Source: Chrysomallon squamiferum
Lineage: Eukaryota > Animalia > Mollusca
Direction of reading: 5' to 3'
NCBI GenBank assembly: GCA_012295275.1
Contig: CM022675.1
Span: 13,082,001-13,146,000 of the forward strand
DNA length: 64,000 nt
Positions 41,376-56,106 of the stretch are shown in pieces. A model generated the notes under the pieces. That model worked only from the letters and a program-made list of their open reading frames with translations. It had not been told where the DNA came from and ran no database searches. The position numbers and the translations under genes are program-made. The number at the start of each line of letters is the position of its first letter. Position 1 is the first letter of the stretch.

Positions 41376-41640
<265 letters not shown>

Positions 41641-42482
41641 ACTTGAGAAACATTTGTCTTACAAATCTAATGCAATCTAGATCTGAATACCACTGAGAAA
41701 ACACTGAAGTTCGTTACAACACTTTACACTAAGCATCTGGAAATATATAACTTATTTAAAAACAAGAAACCAATTATAAAATTTACTTATTTACTTTTCT
41801 TTTTCTTTCTTAGTTTGTTTTTTTTAAAAAAAAAAAAAAAAAAGTCTAAAACTTTAAGGAAGTGAAATCGTCAAACATTCTGTAAAATAAAGTTCGTTCT
41901 TACCTGAAAAATTCATCATTTTCTTGTTCGATGGTAAAAATCCAAATTATACCAAGAACTGTTTTTGATTATTGAAACAAATAAATAAAATAAATTAAAA
42001 TATTCCTTTTTTTTTTCTTTTTTTTTTTCTTGTTCTTCCAAATGAAATAAAATAAAAGTCTTATATGCAGAAGACAAAAATGTTCTTTCTACTTTTCATA
42101 AACGCGTCCTGCGCGAACTGATGTCAGAATTCAAAGGAATTCGCACAGGTAATTTGGTACTGTGTTTGTAACAACAGCAATTCTATTCTGTGGTTTTTTT
42201 AAATTCCTGAATATCATATACTTACAGACAGCCAGTTATTACCAACCGAAATTTTTCGGTCCAATAACTGCACTTCTCAAATACCCAGTCTTGCAGTCGT
42301 GCAGATAATAGGACTAACAATAGCTCGCTCTAAATGTGAGTCACGAAAAAACTAACCCCCTAAAACTCCCGATTTGACACTGAGCTTTTTCTTCCTGGTT
42401 TTAATTTAGTAACTGATAAAATTACAATACTTTGATATGTGAGATATTTTAAATTGTGACTGACGCAAATTCAACCAACTGC

Positions 42483-42523
<41 letters not shown>

Positions 42524-42565
42524 TAAAAAAAATAATTAAAATTAAAAAGTCTGCTGTGTCCTGTA

Positions 42566-42880
42566 AGGTCGTGATTGGACTTTGTCTTCTCGAATTTTGT
42601 CTATATCCAGAGTTTCATCAAACGTACATAAGACAGAGAATTTCAGTCCTAAAACAGATATGTACGTAAATATATACAAAATGCATACGTATACACATAC
42701 AAAGAAACACACATGCAGACATCCATATATACAGGAAGATAGATGCATACAGACCTACATACAAACACACATTCAAGTACAGACACACACATATATACAT
42801 ATACACCTACATACACAAAGACATACATAGGTATACATACATATCCACATATATACACACATATACATATCTACATACAC
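42566..42880 (+). mobile_element. 5'-truncated copy of the same SINE with an expanded CATA/CA tail
   Basis: AGGTCGTGATTGGACTTTGTC...ACGTAC.TAAGACAGA...TCCTAAA matches 38341-38447. Confidence 0.75.
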
Positions 42881-43795
42881 GAAGCGCACCTAAGACTGAC
42901 AATAAATTATATCAGGTTGCAGAAAGTCAGAGCGAGAAGCTTATAATCTTTTCTGTAAACAAAAACCATGGTGTGTTTGTCAGTAACGCAGGGAAAATTC
43001 CACGACTTATGATAAATTAATATAAAGTGTTTCGTTATTAACTTAATTGCCTGTCACAGAGCACAGCAGCAAAAAGAATAGGACAATCTAAGGACCAGAT
43101 AATCCTGTCCAAGAGTAGTGGTTGGAACGTGAAAATTATTAAAAGGAGCACTGAGATGTGTCAGATCCGCGGTCCATCAAGTTTCATATGAATTCTTGAA
43201 CAAATGAACTAAAACCACTCTGTTACTAGTACTACTAGTAGTACTACTTAAAAGTACTACTATCTATGTTGTAATTCTAGTAGTACTTTTACAAGTACTA
43301 TCGCTACTACTACTTTCGCTACTACCTCTACTCCTAGTTCTACTACAATTCTACCACTATTACTGCTTCTACTTCTACAACAACAACGACTACTACTACT
43401 ATAAGTATTATTGCTATTAATACTATTAGTATACCACTGTTGCTTTTACTACTATTGCAGCTATTAGTGCCAGTAGTGCTATAAGTAGTAGCAGTAGTAG
43501 TAGTAGAAACAAGTAGTATTACTGGTAGATATAGAAGTATTAGAAGTAACGACTACGATTATTAAATATAGTAGTAGTAATAATAATTGTAACAGCAGCA
43601 GTACTACTAGTAGTAGAGGTAGCAGTAATAGTTTTAGCTGATGTTGTTGTTGTAGATACCTGATGATAGTACTTAAACTTAAAAACAAAAAAAAATTAAA
43701 TTAAAAATTAAGAATTATAATACTAATAAACAAATAAATATATAAATATAAAACAAATAAATATATAAATATAAAATAAATAAATAAATAAATAA

Positions 43796-43831
<36 letters not shown>

Positions 43832-44536
43832 ATGTATATTTAATGATAGTTTAAACCGCAATATGCAGGTAAAGTGGATATTTACAAAGCACTTGAGAAG
43901 GAACTTAAGAACAAGGATTTAAAATCATTTGATATTGCTCAATCAGAAGTAGGAAGACAGTTGTGTGATGCATGTTAGGGGTGTGTGTTGCTAGGCACGT
44001 TTCAAGTGTTCTGTGTACATTAACCTATTCGGGGAAATGCACCCGTTTTTTTTCAGAGAAATACACAATTACTAATGTCATGCAACGAGTCCCAGTGTTT
44101 ACAAGAGATAAGAGAATTCGTCAGATAGTGTCTACATGTGGTCCATTGTTTGGATGTGGATGAGCGTATATGTATGTATGTATTAATGTATGTGTGTGTT
44201 TAGTTAGTTATTTGTGCATGTGTCTGTAAATGGACGTACGTATTTGCGTGTCCAATATTATAAAGATTTTACTATTTTAAAATAAACATGTCAACACATA
44301 CAGTTAATCTGTACCGATTATTGCGTCACAATATATCCAGCATGAATAATACCAAATACAACGATAACCTTGGCTTCTGATGTGCAGTAAGACATTTCAG
44401 GCTAATGAATTTGTAAAATACTGATGCAGTAAGATAACATTTCAGGCTACTGAATTTGTAAAATACTGATTATACCCGTGTTCACTTGGTAACAGTACGG
44501 AAATGACTTGACAATTGTTTCTACTTAATATGACAA

Positions 44537-44561
44537 TGACGTCAGAACATTAATGACGTCA
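44537..44561. promoter_or_regulatory. Two perfect CRE palindromes (TGACGTCA)
   Basis: 44537-44544 and 44554-44561, between the ASB 3' end and the mucin-like gene start. Confidence 0.4.
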
Positions 44562-46674
44562 TATTGAGATATCACTGAGATTTGAGGATTTGAGGATTAC
44601 ATCTCTATTTAAATTACAATTGTTACAATTTGTTTTTTAAATAAATTAATTCATTAATAATGATGATGTTGATGATGTTAATGATACTACTAATAATTAA
44701 CATATCTCTCTTAAAATAAAAACAAGCTGTTGATTGTCTGTTTTAGAAAGTATGTAGGGATCCACATAAATGTATTATTATTATATGTACCGTTTATCAA
44801 CCTTTTGTAACGCATTAATAACATTATATTTACTTTTTCACAATGTACTAATGTTATAATAATGTTACATATACGTTGTCACAATGAATTTTCAAAATTT
44901 GTATGTTGAATACTAAACGTTGGCAAAATTATAGTCTCGTTTTATAAACCCAGTTTTGTTGTCAGATAAGCATTATCACGCACGTTGACACAAATCTGAA
45001 ATCTGGCAACTAACATCCTATGTTGTTGTTTTTTAGAATTAAGTTTCGGTCGTCTATGGTCAGTACTAAATGTTTATGAAATAGCAGATGACATGTTTTT
45101 CTTGTTTAATTGTAACAGTAAATTTCAGTTTTATAACAGGTATGTAATTTTACATCTGTTTATTGTTATTCGTCGATTTTGTGGCATAACAAAAATAAAG
45201 CTGACATAACTGCAAGCTCATCTTTTATTAAATACAATTCCATGTGAAATTAGAACTAATCATACACAAACTTTTAAAGTTTGAAATAAAAAAGCTGCTT
45301 AGTTTGTTTTGTACTCTTGATTGCTATGGCCGGTATTAACCGTTTATCAAATATGAAATTAACACACACTAACGTTGATATGCATCTTGTGTGATATCAC
45401 AGTAACTGCATTTTAAAATTCAAGACATTTTTTACTTGAGTAAACACATTCAAAACTGAACATAGGCCAATCACAAACAACTTATTCAATCTAATGCTGA
45501 ATGACCATAGTCATTCATGTTGTATGACATACACAGAGAGAAATAATTTTACAGCTTAGACAAAAGCAAAAGCCTGCTTGAAATCGAATCAACAACAACA
45601 CAAGATTTTGTTGCTGTTGTTGTTGTTTTTTGTTTTAGCAGCAGTGAATGCTGGATATCTTGCAACTGCTGAAAATTATCATCTAAATGGACCTTTACTG
45701 GTTTCTTCTTCAGTATTAAACTTTACTTCATTGTAGGTTTCTAGGATTCTTCCACAAATCATATTTTTGATTTTCATAATTTTTATAAAATAAACAAAAC
45801 AAGCAACAGTGGTGACAAACTAAAACATATTATACCAAATAATATAATTTATAACTCAAAAAAAAAAAAAAAAAAAAAATTAAATCACTTAAAACATATT
45901 ATCCATATAATATATCACATCATAAATAATATTTGGCACATCAAAGTCAAACAAAGAACTTGTTATATTCCAGCTACATTTATCTTTGATAGTTTTCTAA
46001 TGTCTGTAGAGGAATCAACTGATTTATTCTAATGCTGTATCAGGTTGTATTCACGGGAACATGATGTCCTCAGGCACATGGCATTGCATGATCTATCCTC
46101 CTAATTGTTCTATTCGGTATATATACCATTCAAACCACTACTCCTCCATAACTAGTTAGTGAAATGTGTTGGCATGTATTTGTACCTACAGGAAGGTATA
46201 TATTGAAGATCCTTTGGAAACAGAGAGCAGGTTTCATCTGAAGTAATAAATATCTCACATCCAGTAGTTCATAACAGAATATTAATCATCATGTTCTAGA
46301 GATATCATCAAATAAATGTTTAAAACAACAGAACACAGTAATCTTTTTTAAAAGCTGTAGAAGTGTTCTTAATATACTGAATCCTTAGAACACAATCTTT
46401 TTTTTTTTTAATTTTTTTTTCCAACTTCCAAAGGATCAAAACTAAGTTTCGAATAATCTAATAAAATAGGTTCTGTTGTCAGATATTGTCACTTTTGGCT
46501 ACATTACTGACTACAGAATCATTTCCAGTCACACAAGCTTTGTATCCAAACAGCAAAACAAACTGGACTGTTAATCTCAGAACAGAAAAGTGTGCTTGAA
46601 GCAAGCAGTGTATCTGCATTTCAACAACGGATATCAATAAATAAATAACTGAGCTCTAGCTTGTCGCTAAAACA

Positions 46675-46900
46675 TTTGTTCTAAAGTTAAAACTAAAACT
46701 TAAAATGTCAAGTATCAGACATCTTCAAAGTCTAGATATGCCACAACAGAAGCGAGTACTGAATCTGGCTGAATCTGCCACTTCAGACCTGTTTGTTCTA
46801 AAGTTAAAACTAAAAAATAAAATATCAGAGATCCTCAAAGTCTAGATATGCCACAACAGAAGCGGGTACTGAATCTGGCTCAATCTGCCACTTGAGATCT
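46675..46900 (-). repeat. ~115-bp tandem duplication of the ASB terminal coding segment, stop codon and proximal 3'UTR
   Basis: TTTGTTCTAAAGTTAAAACTAAAA...TCAAAGTCTAGATATGCCACAACAGAAGCG.GTACTGAATCTGGCT.AATCTGCCACTT at 46675-46783 and 46792-46893. Confidence 0.92.
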
Positions 46901-49900
46901 GCCGTCCTGTGTATCTGCAGGCGACAGAGAGACAGCAGGCTGCGAGGAACATCTGAAATAAAAACACTTTATTAAATTTTTCAACTCAAGTCACAAATAA
47001 AACAGATTTTAATAAAAATTTTAAATGAAATTACAAATAAGAAAGATTTTATTATATTTTTTAACTGAAGATACAAATAAGAAATATTTTATTATATTTT
47101 TAAATTGAAATTGTAAATAAGAAACATTTTATTATATTTTTTAACTGAAGTTACAAATAAGAAACATTTTATTATATTTTTTAACTGAAGTTACAAATAA
47201 GAAACATTTTATTATATTTTTAATTGAAGTTACAAATAAGAAATATTTTACTATATTTTTAAATTGAAGTTACAAATAAAAAAGATTTTAATACATTTTT
47301 TAACTGAAGTCACAAATAAGAAACATTTTATTATATTTTTTAACTGAAGTCACAAATAAGAAACATTTTTTATTATATTTTTAATTGAAGTTACAAATAA
47401 GAAATATTTTACTATATTTTTTAACTGAAGTTACAAATAAGAAATATTTTATTATATTTTTAAATTGAAGTTACAAATAAGAAAGATTTTACTATATTTT
47501 TAAATTGAAGTTACAAATAAAAAAGATTTTAATACATTTTTTAACTGAAGTCACAAATAAGAAACATTTTATTATATTTTTTAACTGAAGTCACAAATAA
47601 GAAACATTTTATTATATTTTTAATTGAAGTTACAAATAAGAAATATTTTACTATATTTTTTAACTGAAGTTACAAATAAGAAATATTTTATTATATTTTT
47701 AAATTGAAGTTACAAATAAGAAAGATTTTAATACATTTTTTAAATGAATTTACAAATAAGAAAGATTTTATTAAATGTTTTAACTGAAGTCACAAATAAG
47801 AAATTTTTAACTGAAGTCACAAATAAAAGATTGTGTGTGATTATGTATGTATGTCTCTCTGTATGTATGTATGTATGTATGTGTTTGAGTGTCTTTTCAG
47901 ATATCTGAGTGTCTGTTCATGCATGTGTGTCTGTATCTGTGTCAAAATAATCTGTTTGCTTCTGTCTTTGTGTATGTGTGTGTCTGTGGATGTGTGTGTC
48001 TCTGTGTAAGCATTTGTCTGTGTGAAAGTTTGTGTACGTCTGTCTCACTGAGTATCTCTCTCTGGTTCTGTATATATATATGTCTCTGTCTGTGTGTGTG
48101 TGTATTTGTGTTTCTCTGTGTATTGTTTGTCTGAATGTGTACTGTGTTTGTACATGTATTTTGTGCATGTGAGTAAACATGCATTCATTCAGTGCAACCT
48201 GACAACAGTTATCACATTATATAAATTATTCATCAAGCAAAGAAATAAATATAACAATTAAAATTAATAAAAAAAATAAACAAACAAATAATTAAATAAA
48301 GTAAAAATGAATATGTAAGCAAACAGATAAATGGGAAAAATATAAATAAAGAAATGCATATCTGTAAAACAGATAAAGAAATTCTAAACAACTTAAAAAA
48401 AAAAAAAAAAAGAGACACAGAGAAAAGATGTGTATAATAAAATAAATAAATAAATAAATAAATACACAAACAAAACAAACCTCTGATGTGAATGAGATAA
48501 TCTTTAATCTCCTGTTCTTGCTCTGGACTCACAGAAATCTCTATCTCCCAGGGAAACCTGCCTCTGTCGTCTTTAACAAACAGCTTTGTTCCGAACTCGT
48601 AGAGCAGTTTCAGAAACCTCACATCACATTTCTGTCGCAGTGCAAAGTGGTACAGAGTGGGCATGCCTGGTTTCAAGTTTGGACTGGACACCTGTAAGTT
48701 GGGGTCAGCTCCTGACCGCAGCAGGAGCTTGAGACAGTCGTACTGCTGGTAGACGACGGAGATCTGAAGTGGGTCCATGCTGAACTGTCTGTTGATACGA
48801 CAGCGGTGTCCGAGGTTGGCGTTGTAGTCGATTAACAGCTGCGCGAAGAAGAAGATGAGAAAACATTTAGAATATGTATACACTTTTTAATAAAGTTTTT
48901 AATATATATATATATACATTCTTTTAATCAAAGAAATTCTCTTTTTTGCTTTTCACCTGTGTTATCTTCTTTGCTGCTAACAAATCTAACAATATGGAGT
49001 AATGGTTGGAATGGTATATATAACAGACAACACACTTTTTTGATATTTCACAAATGAATCTTTGAAATACTCTGCGACATTCTAAATTGATTTTCTGGGT
49101 CTGTTTCTGTAGGAATCACTCAATTTTATGGAGAGAAAGAAAATCTGTTTGTTTTTTGTTTTTATTTTAGACCTAAAACACATCCACATCAGAAACTCTA
49201 CACTGACTCTACAGAAGTAATTACATGTGAAAACTATGACAGGTATCTGAAGCTGTTATTACTATCACACAGGGAAAGTCAAAATTTTCACATCATCACT
49301 AACAACATACCAAAGTCTAAAATTAAATCATGTTGAAATGTCATATGAGTATCCCATCATGCAGTGCGTGCAGGTTTGATATGACATCACAAAACTGTAG
49401 AAACAAAACGTGTTCATTGTGTTATTAAATAAAAACATTTTTAAATGTCTGGAAGTAACTTTTTATCTCGTCCCATAACTACAACAAAAAACAACAACAA
49501 GAAACCCCAAACATAAATGAAGTACATCAGAAACCCTGTCAGCATTATTGCTGTAAGATCCTTAAATAAAAACTAATTAGTTGATTTCTCTTTTCTTTTC
49601 ATTTTCTGTCACTTCTTTTATTTTCATTTGATTTCATTCTACTTTATTTCATGTAATTTAGAAAACTTTACTGTACTTCTGACTTTACATTACTTTACTT
49701 AACTTATTATTTTTTTAAATTTTAATCCATTATTTTATTTCATTTGTTAATTCATTTTATTTTATTTTATTTTTCATTTATTTATTTATATGCTTCTTTT
49801 TGAAACAATTTTACTTCGTTTCATTTCATATTTTCACTTAAAATTATTATTATTACTACTACTACTACTACTACTATTATTATTATTATTATTATTATTG

Positions 49901-49906
49901 TTATTA

Positions 49907-49943
<37 letters not shown>

Positions 49944-51195
49944 TATTGTTATTGTTACTATTATTATTATTACTATTACTATTATTATTACTATTATTAT
50001 TATTACTGTTATTATTACTATCACTATTATTACTATTATTATTATTATTACTATTATTATTATTATTATTACTATTATTACTATTATTATTATTACAATT
50101 ATTACCATTACTATTATTATTATTATTATTATTATCATTATTACTACTATTATTGTTATTATTACTATTACTACTATTACTACTATTACTATTACTATTA
50201 CTATCTAGGTTGTTACTTTGACAAGCTGCAGGGAGCCTGTCATGCAGGCGGTGTAGAGAGGGGAGGTGTTGTTTTCCAGGTCACCCTCGGGGTTAGCCCC
50301 CCTCTCCAGCAACACATGGGCGGTGTCAGTATGGTTGTTCTTCACCGCTACAAACAGAGGAGTCTGCGCTTTCACGTCAGGAATATCCACACTGGCTCCT
50401 TCCTGTAGGAGTATCTCAACACACTTTGTGTGGCCTCCTGGAAAGTGCAAATAAAGATGTAAATGTTATTTGATGTTCTGTGTAAAAAAATACACTCACA
50501 CAGGTAGTCATAACACACACATACACACACACACACATGTATTTGTCTGTGTCTGTGCATGTGAGTGTGAATCTCTCTACATCTATATATCTATATCTAT
50601 ACTATATTTATATCTATGTAGATTTTATATATCAAGTAATATCGTAAACAAATTATTAACACATTCTGTTTTCTCAGAGGCATTTTGTTGTAGCAGTAAT
50701 AATAGTAATATAACAATTATAAATACATTAAAACTATTACTTTAATACCTTTTTACTTTTATTTATATTCTTATTTAAATTTTTTATTATTATTATTATT
50801 ATTACTTTTTTTTTTTTTTTTTTCATATCCCACCATACCATCTATTTCTCCCAGTCTTACCTTTCTACTGATACCTATATCTGTGAGTTCGATTACCAAG
50901 TGGAAATACTATTACTTCTTTATTTATAACTAGTTGGAATGTCCTATTAAAAACCACCAATGATAATAATCTATTTTATTGTAACCGTGACAACACAAAC
51001 GCTACCAGTAGCTGCCAGTCTCAGGGCAGTGCATCCCAGGTGGTTTCTTTCATTGATGTGACCTCTGACCTCTGAGCTGAGTAAGAGCTGTGACAGGTGC
51101 TGGTGGTCCCCGTTGAAGGCTGTTTCGTGTAGTTGTGTGTCACTGCTTGAGATGCTGCAGTCTCTGAATCTCTCAGAGATAGCCGAGCTGATCAT
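46825..51195 (-). CDS. Ankyrin repeat and SOCS box protein, ASB1/ASB12-like, 298 aa, 4 coding exons, intact
   Basis: Exons 51195-51006, 50437-50217, 48838-48481, 46952-46825 (897 nt). Ankyrin repeats GCTALRLAATGGHTKCVEILL, DVKAQTPLFVAV, NNTSPLYTAC; SOCS box VPRSLLSLCRLQI...PASVVAYL. In-frame TGA just upstream of the ATG; acceptor at 51212 implies an upstream non-coding exon. Confidence 0.92.
46955..47830. repeat. ~40-bp AT-rich minisatellite (~21 copies) in ASB intron 3, with a ~240-bp higher-order duplication
   Basis: Unit approx. TTACAAATAAGAAACATTTTATTATATTTTTTAACTGAAG; the variant order at 47271-47511 is repeated from 47512. Confidence 0.95.
49843..50203. repeat. Compound (TTA)/(CTA) trinucleotide microsatellite in ASB intron 2
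   Basis: Direct reading; source of the poly-Leu/poly-Ile ORFs in the track. Confidence 0.95.
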
Positions 51196-52086
51196 TCAGA
51201 ATCAAACAGTGCTGAAAATATCATCATCATCATTATCATCATTACAGTGGCAACAACAACAACAAAGTGACATCACTGCTGAAGTAAATATAATAACAAC
51301 ATCATCATCACTACAGTTATCACACCAACAACAACAATGCAACATGACAAATATACTCCTGCAGTAGATATAACAATGACAACGTCATCCTCACTACAAA
51401 TATCACACCAACAGTGATACCACTACCACAGTTGCAGTAGATATTTCAGCAACAATAACAACTGTGACATTTTTACTGCTGCTATTGAAGATACAACAAA
51501 AACAATAAGAACATCATCACTACTATTACTACTACCACACCAGCAGTTATAAAACTACAACAGCAACGGTAACAATAGCACTACCATTTCTGCATTAGGT
51601 ATAACCACAACAACAGTAACAACATCACTTCTACTACTTAGCAGATATAGCAAAAACAACACCACCATCGCTGCCACAACTATATCAGCAAATACAAAAA
51701 TTCAACTACAACAACAATAATTTCACTACCACTGCTGCTGTTGATAAAATAAATACAAAAATAATGAAAAATAAATTATAAAATAAAAATTATTAATAAA
51801 TTTTAAAAAATATATAAAATAAACATTACTACTACACTAGCAGTTATAAAACTACAATATCATTCCCACTGTAACAGCTAGAGCAATAACAGTAACAATA
51901 GTAACAACTTTCACTATTAGTATTATAAATGATAACAGCCCTAACAGCAATAAGAATAAAAATAGCATTATCTTTACGAACACCATACAAATGCAGTAAA
52001 CCTTAAAATACGTAAATAAATAAAATAAAATAGCTGAAAGTTATCTGAAATAAACACGTTAAAAAAAAAATGTAAGTATAGTATAT

Positions 52087-52162
<76 letters not shown>

Positions 52163-52954
52163 TCGATTCAAAGTTTTTATCTTTGCACTTTTGACTTTGC
52201 AGACATTTTTTATAAATTTTAACTCATTTGAGACTATGTAAAATTTGTGGAGAAAACATCAAAGCTATAAAAAGTGCTACGTAATAATTACTCCCGGTTT
52301 TTACTTCTTAATCCAATGCGTATCCTTAAAACTGTGTCGAATAAACAAAAAGTGCGTAAAACATAGCTTTGACTTTGTTGTTCTACTGGTTTCCACAAAA
52401 TTATGATAAACACCAACGTGAACCAGTAGATGAAAAAATAAATTAGAGTTATTTCCCTTGCATTAAAAAAAATGTATTACTATTTTGGAACATGCTGGGC
52501 AGTTAAAGTAACATGAAGGTGTATCGACAGTGTGATTTGTAAGGCTTTTTATTCGTCAACGTTGCTCTTTAAATATTAATTTTCTTCAGTTATGGTGAAT
52601 AGTCAATAAATAAAATAAAATAAAATAAAATAAATAAGGTTTCAGATTATATAGTTTAAGATAATAATAATAATAATAATAAATTAATTAATTAATTAAT
52701 AAAACAAAGGGAAAACACGGGAAAAAGGAAAACAAGAATGCAACAGCTATTTATGTTTATTTATTATAATCACAAATTTATCAGGATTCATTTTCAGAAA
52801 GGAAGAAGTTGAACCAGTTAAATGTTTTCATATCGTTAAATACACTAGAGACAACTGAATTTTCTACGTCGTTACGGTTAATGATTCTTGCTTTCACAGT
52901 AAATTTTAAAACGCATATTACAAGAACCGAACTGTTCTCATAAAAAACACACAA

Positions 52955-53015
52955 GATGTCTTCCGTTTCGACAAATGGCGTTGTAAACTTGTCGTTTCAA
53001 TGTCTGACGTCATTA
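52955..53015. promoter_or_regulatory. Candidate ASB promoter motifs (ETS core CTTCCG, YY1-like AAATGGCG, CRE TGACGTCA)
   Basis: Motifs clustered at 52960-53012, ~1.8 kb upstream of the first ASB coding exon. Confidence 0.3.
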
Positions 53016-54026
53016 ACTAAATGAACAGAGTGCTCTTTTTAATACCAGCTTTCTACAAACTTCCTAATTAACTGAGTGGCCTTTTTAATTTCATCACTTA
53101 CAATGATTGTTTTCAGTGAAATGTTAATATTTCTGCATGCTTCGTAATGGGTACTAATGCCTAAAGAAACTACACTGAAACAATTTGTTAATTTATTAAC
53201 GTACATTTCCACAATCATTCCATCACTGTATTGTCCCGGGGGCGTTTTAGAAAGTATTGTCGATTTACTAAGGAGAAGAGGAATGCCGTATTGAATTGTG
53301 GGATTTGTTTGTCGGTAAATATTTTTGAGAGAACAGAATTATTTACAAAATAACTTTTTTTATATCTGAGTGCCAAAGATTTCAAACTTTTTAAATTGTT
53401 TGTTAGCATATTTGAATTTTTATTTATTTGTCTTCTTTTTGTTTTTCGTTAAATTTAAAGAAAGAAAAGGAAAGAGGGATGTGTGTGAGTGTGTGCGTGA
53501 GTGTGCGTGTGTGTATGTGCCTTTATAATTTCTCTGATTCTGTTTATATACGTTTATACATGTTTCGTATAAAGCCATAACCATCATCGTTATTATTATC
53601 GTTGCTACTGTTGCTGCTGCTGATGTTTTTTCATCATCATCTTATTATGATTATTATTATTATTATTATAACGTTTCACAGGAAGATGGATAAGTGAATA
53701 AATAATTATATAATCCCATTAAACGGATTGTCTGTTAGCTGGTTTTAATAAATTTTTATACAAAACGCACATCGGCATTCATTTCACAAAGTGTAAATCC
53801 TCCCGCAGGCTTCGGACATATTGGTACCAAGGGAGGCCACTCTACGCCGCTGATAACCGTTTTGTGAACTTTCACCCGCGGGACCGTTATTTTCTGCAAG
53901 TGAATTATTCTGTTAGTCGATCCTATTGAGATAAAAATGTCGCCAGGGAGGCGATTATTTTGATAAGAGTCATTCTTCATGATCGCAGTACTAAAACCTC
54001 GGCATATCTGCCTGGCATGGTTTCAC

Positions 54027-54040
54027 GTTGTCATGGTAAC
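54027..54040. promoter_or_regulatory. RFX X-box (GTTGTCATGGTAAC) in a GC-richer non-repetitive island
   Basis: Matches the GTTRYYATRGYAAC consensus; island spans ~53760-54100. Confidence 0.4.
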
Positions 54041-54702
54041 GTTAACGCCTGTCGACCGAAGGCGAAGCGAAGTAGCAGTGTACCAAGCTGTGTTAAATTC
54101 TTAATGTGGATTAAACAGAATGATCTGATTAAAATGTATTTACTAGTAATTAGCTTTAGCAACAACAACAACAACAACAATAACAACAATAATAATAGTA
54201 ATAATAATAATGATGATGATAATAATAATAATAATAATAACAACAACAACAACAACAATAATAATAATAGTAATAATAACTAATGATGATGATGATGATG
54301 ATGATAATAATAATAATAATAATAATAATCATCATCATCGTCATCATCATGTCTTTGATTATAAATAAATCATTAAATATAGGTATGGTCAGTTTTCCTT
54401 TTTTTCTTTCTTTCTTGCTTTTCTTCTTCTTCTCCTCCTTCTTCTCCTTCTTGTTCTTCTTTTCACTTCATTGTTACAATTGTTATAACTTTCTCTTTGC
54501 CTTAAAAAACTTACTATCTGTATGATACATGAAATATTTTTTGACAGAAGTTATATTTTCTTACTTCTTCTGAGATAATTTTCTTTCTTTCGATTTACAA
54601 AGACCTAGTCAGTTTAGATCCAATTGCTTATCTACTTTCATAAAGAGAATATAAGTGAAAGGAATACATATCTACATCTATATCTATATCTTTATATACA
54701 GT

Positions 54703-54946
<244 letters not shown>

Positions 54947-55221
54947 TAACCATAGAAAAAAAATGTTAAGACGGACGTCATTTGGTCTTCTTTCAGGAAT
55001 AAAATCAAAACTGACTTCACAGCCGTTTAAGTTTTAATAAATAACCATTCTGTTGCTGAATAATAGCTGTCTTATTTCTTTCTTTCTTTCTTTTGTTTTT
55101 CTTAACTCAACTTTTTTTTTTTTAAATTAATTATTCAGAGGTTTATCAGGTTAGCACAATGAAATAAAAAAGATAAAGGCAAAATATATAATTAGTTATA
55201 AATTAGACCTGTAGACTGCAT

Positions 55222-55334
<113 letters not shown>

Positions 55335-56072
55335 GTTTAAGAGAAAACGAAAGAACGAGATATGGTAGAAACAAGAAAATTTAAAATGTAAAAGCTAAAA
55401 TCTCTGGCATATCAGAAAGAAAAGAAAAACGATTTGGATAAATATTTTTCTATATGCCATAAATCAGATCCATATTTTTTTTCTTTTTTCATTCTCTAAA
55501 ATAATCTATATACATAAAATATTTATAGAATTAATTATTTTTTTCTATTTACTGTATTGATTATGTTTCTTTACTTTGTCTTTTTACTGCGTTTGCTTGC
55601 CTGTTTATCTATCTCTTTTTGTTTCAGTATCTCTGTTTCTCTGACTCTAAACCATCCCATCCATCTATGCATTCGTTATTCCATCCATCCTTCCCTCCAT
55701 CATTCCATACATCCACCAACCAGTCCGTCTTTCTATATATCTGCCTGTCTGTCATTCCTTACAATAATTTCATCGGAAGCATTATCGACAAAATTTTACT
55801 TATTGATTGACTGATTTGTTTGTTTATTTATTTATTTTTTTTTTTTTTTATTATTATTATTATTTTTTTTTTTAATCTATTTTTTTTTTTTTTTTTTTTT
55901 ATTTATATATCTATTTGTTTATTTGTCTGTTTATTTATTTTTACAGTTAAAGCTGCTTGATTATTTCGCCCTAAGAAGAACAAATGAAATGATATCAGCG
56001 GGTTTCCTCTCTAGCATCGTCATTACACAAATACAACTGTTAACAATGAAATACATTGACTTAGCAAATAAT

Positions 56073-56106
<34 letters not shown>

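Noticed and set aside
46921-46940. Apparent frameshift in the ASB SOCS box at the (GA)n-like stretch
   Set aside because: Careful reading gives AGC CTG CTG TCT CTC TGT CGC (SLLSLCR); the frame is intact
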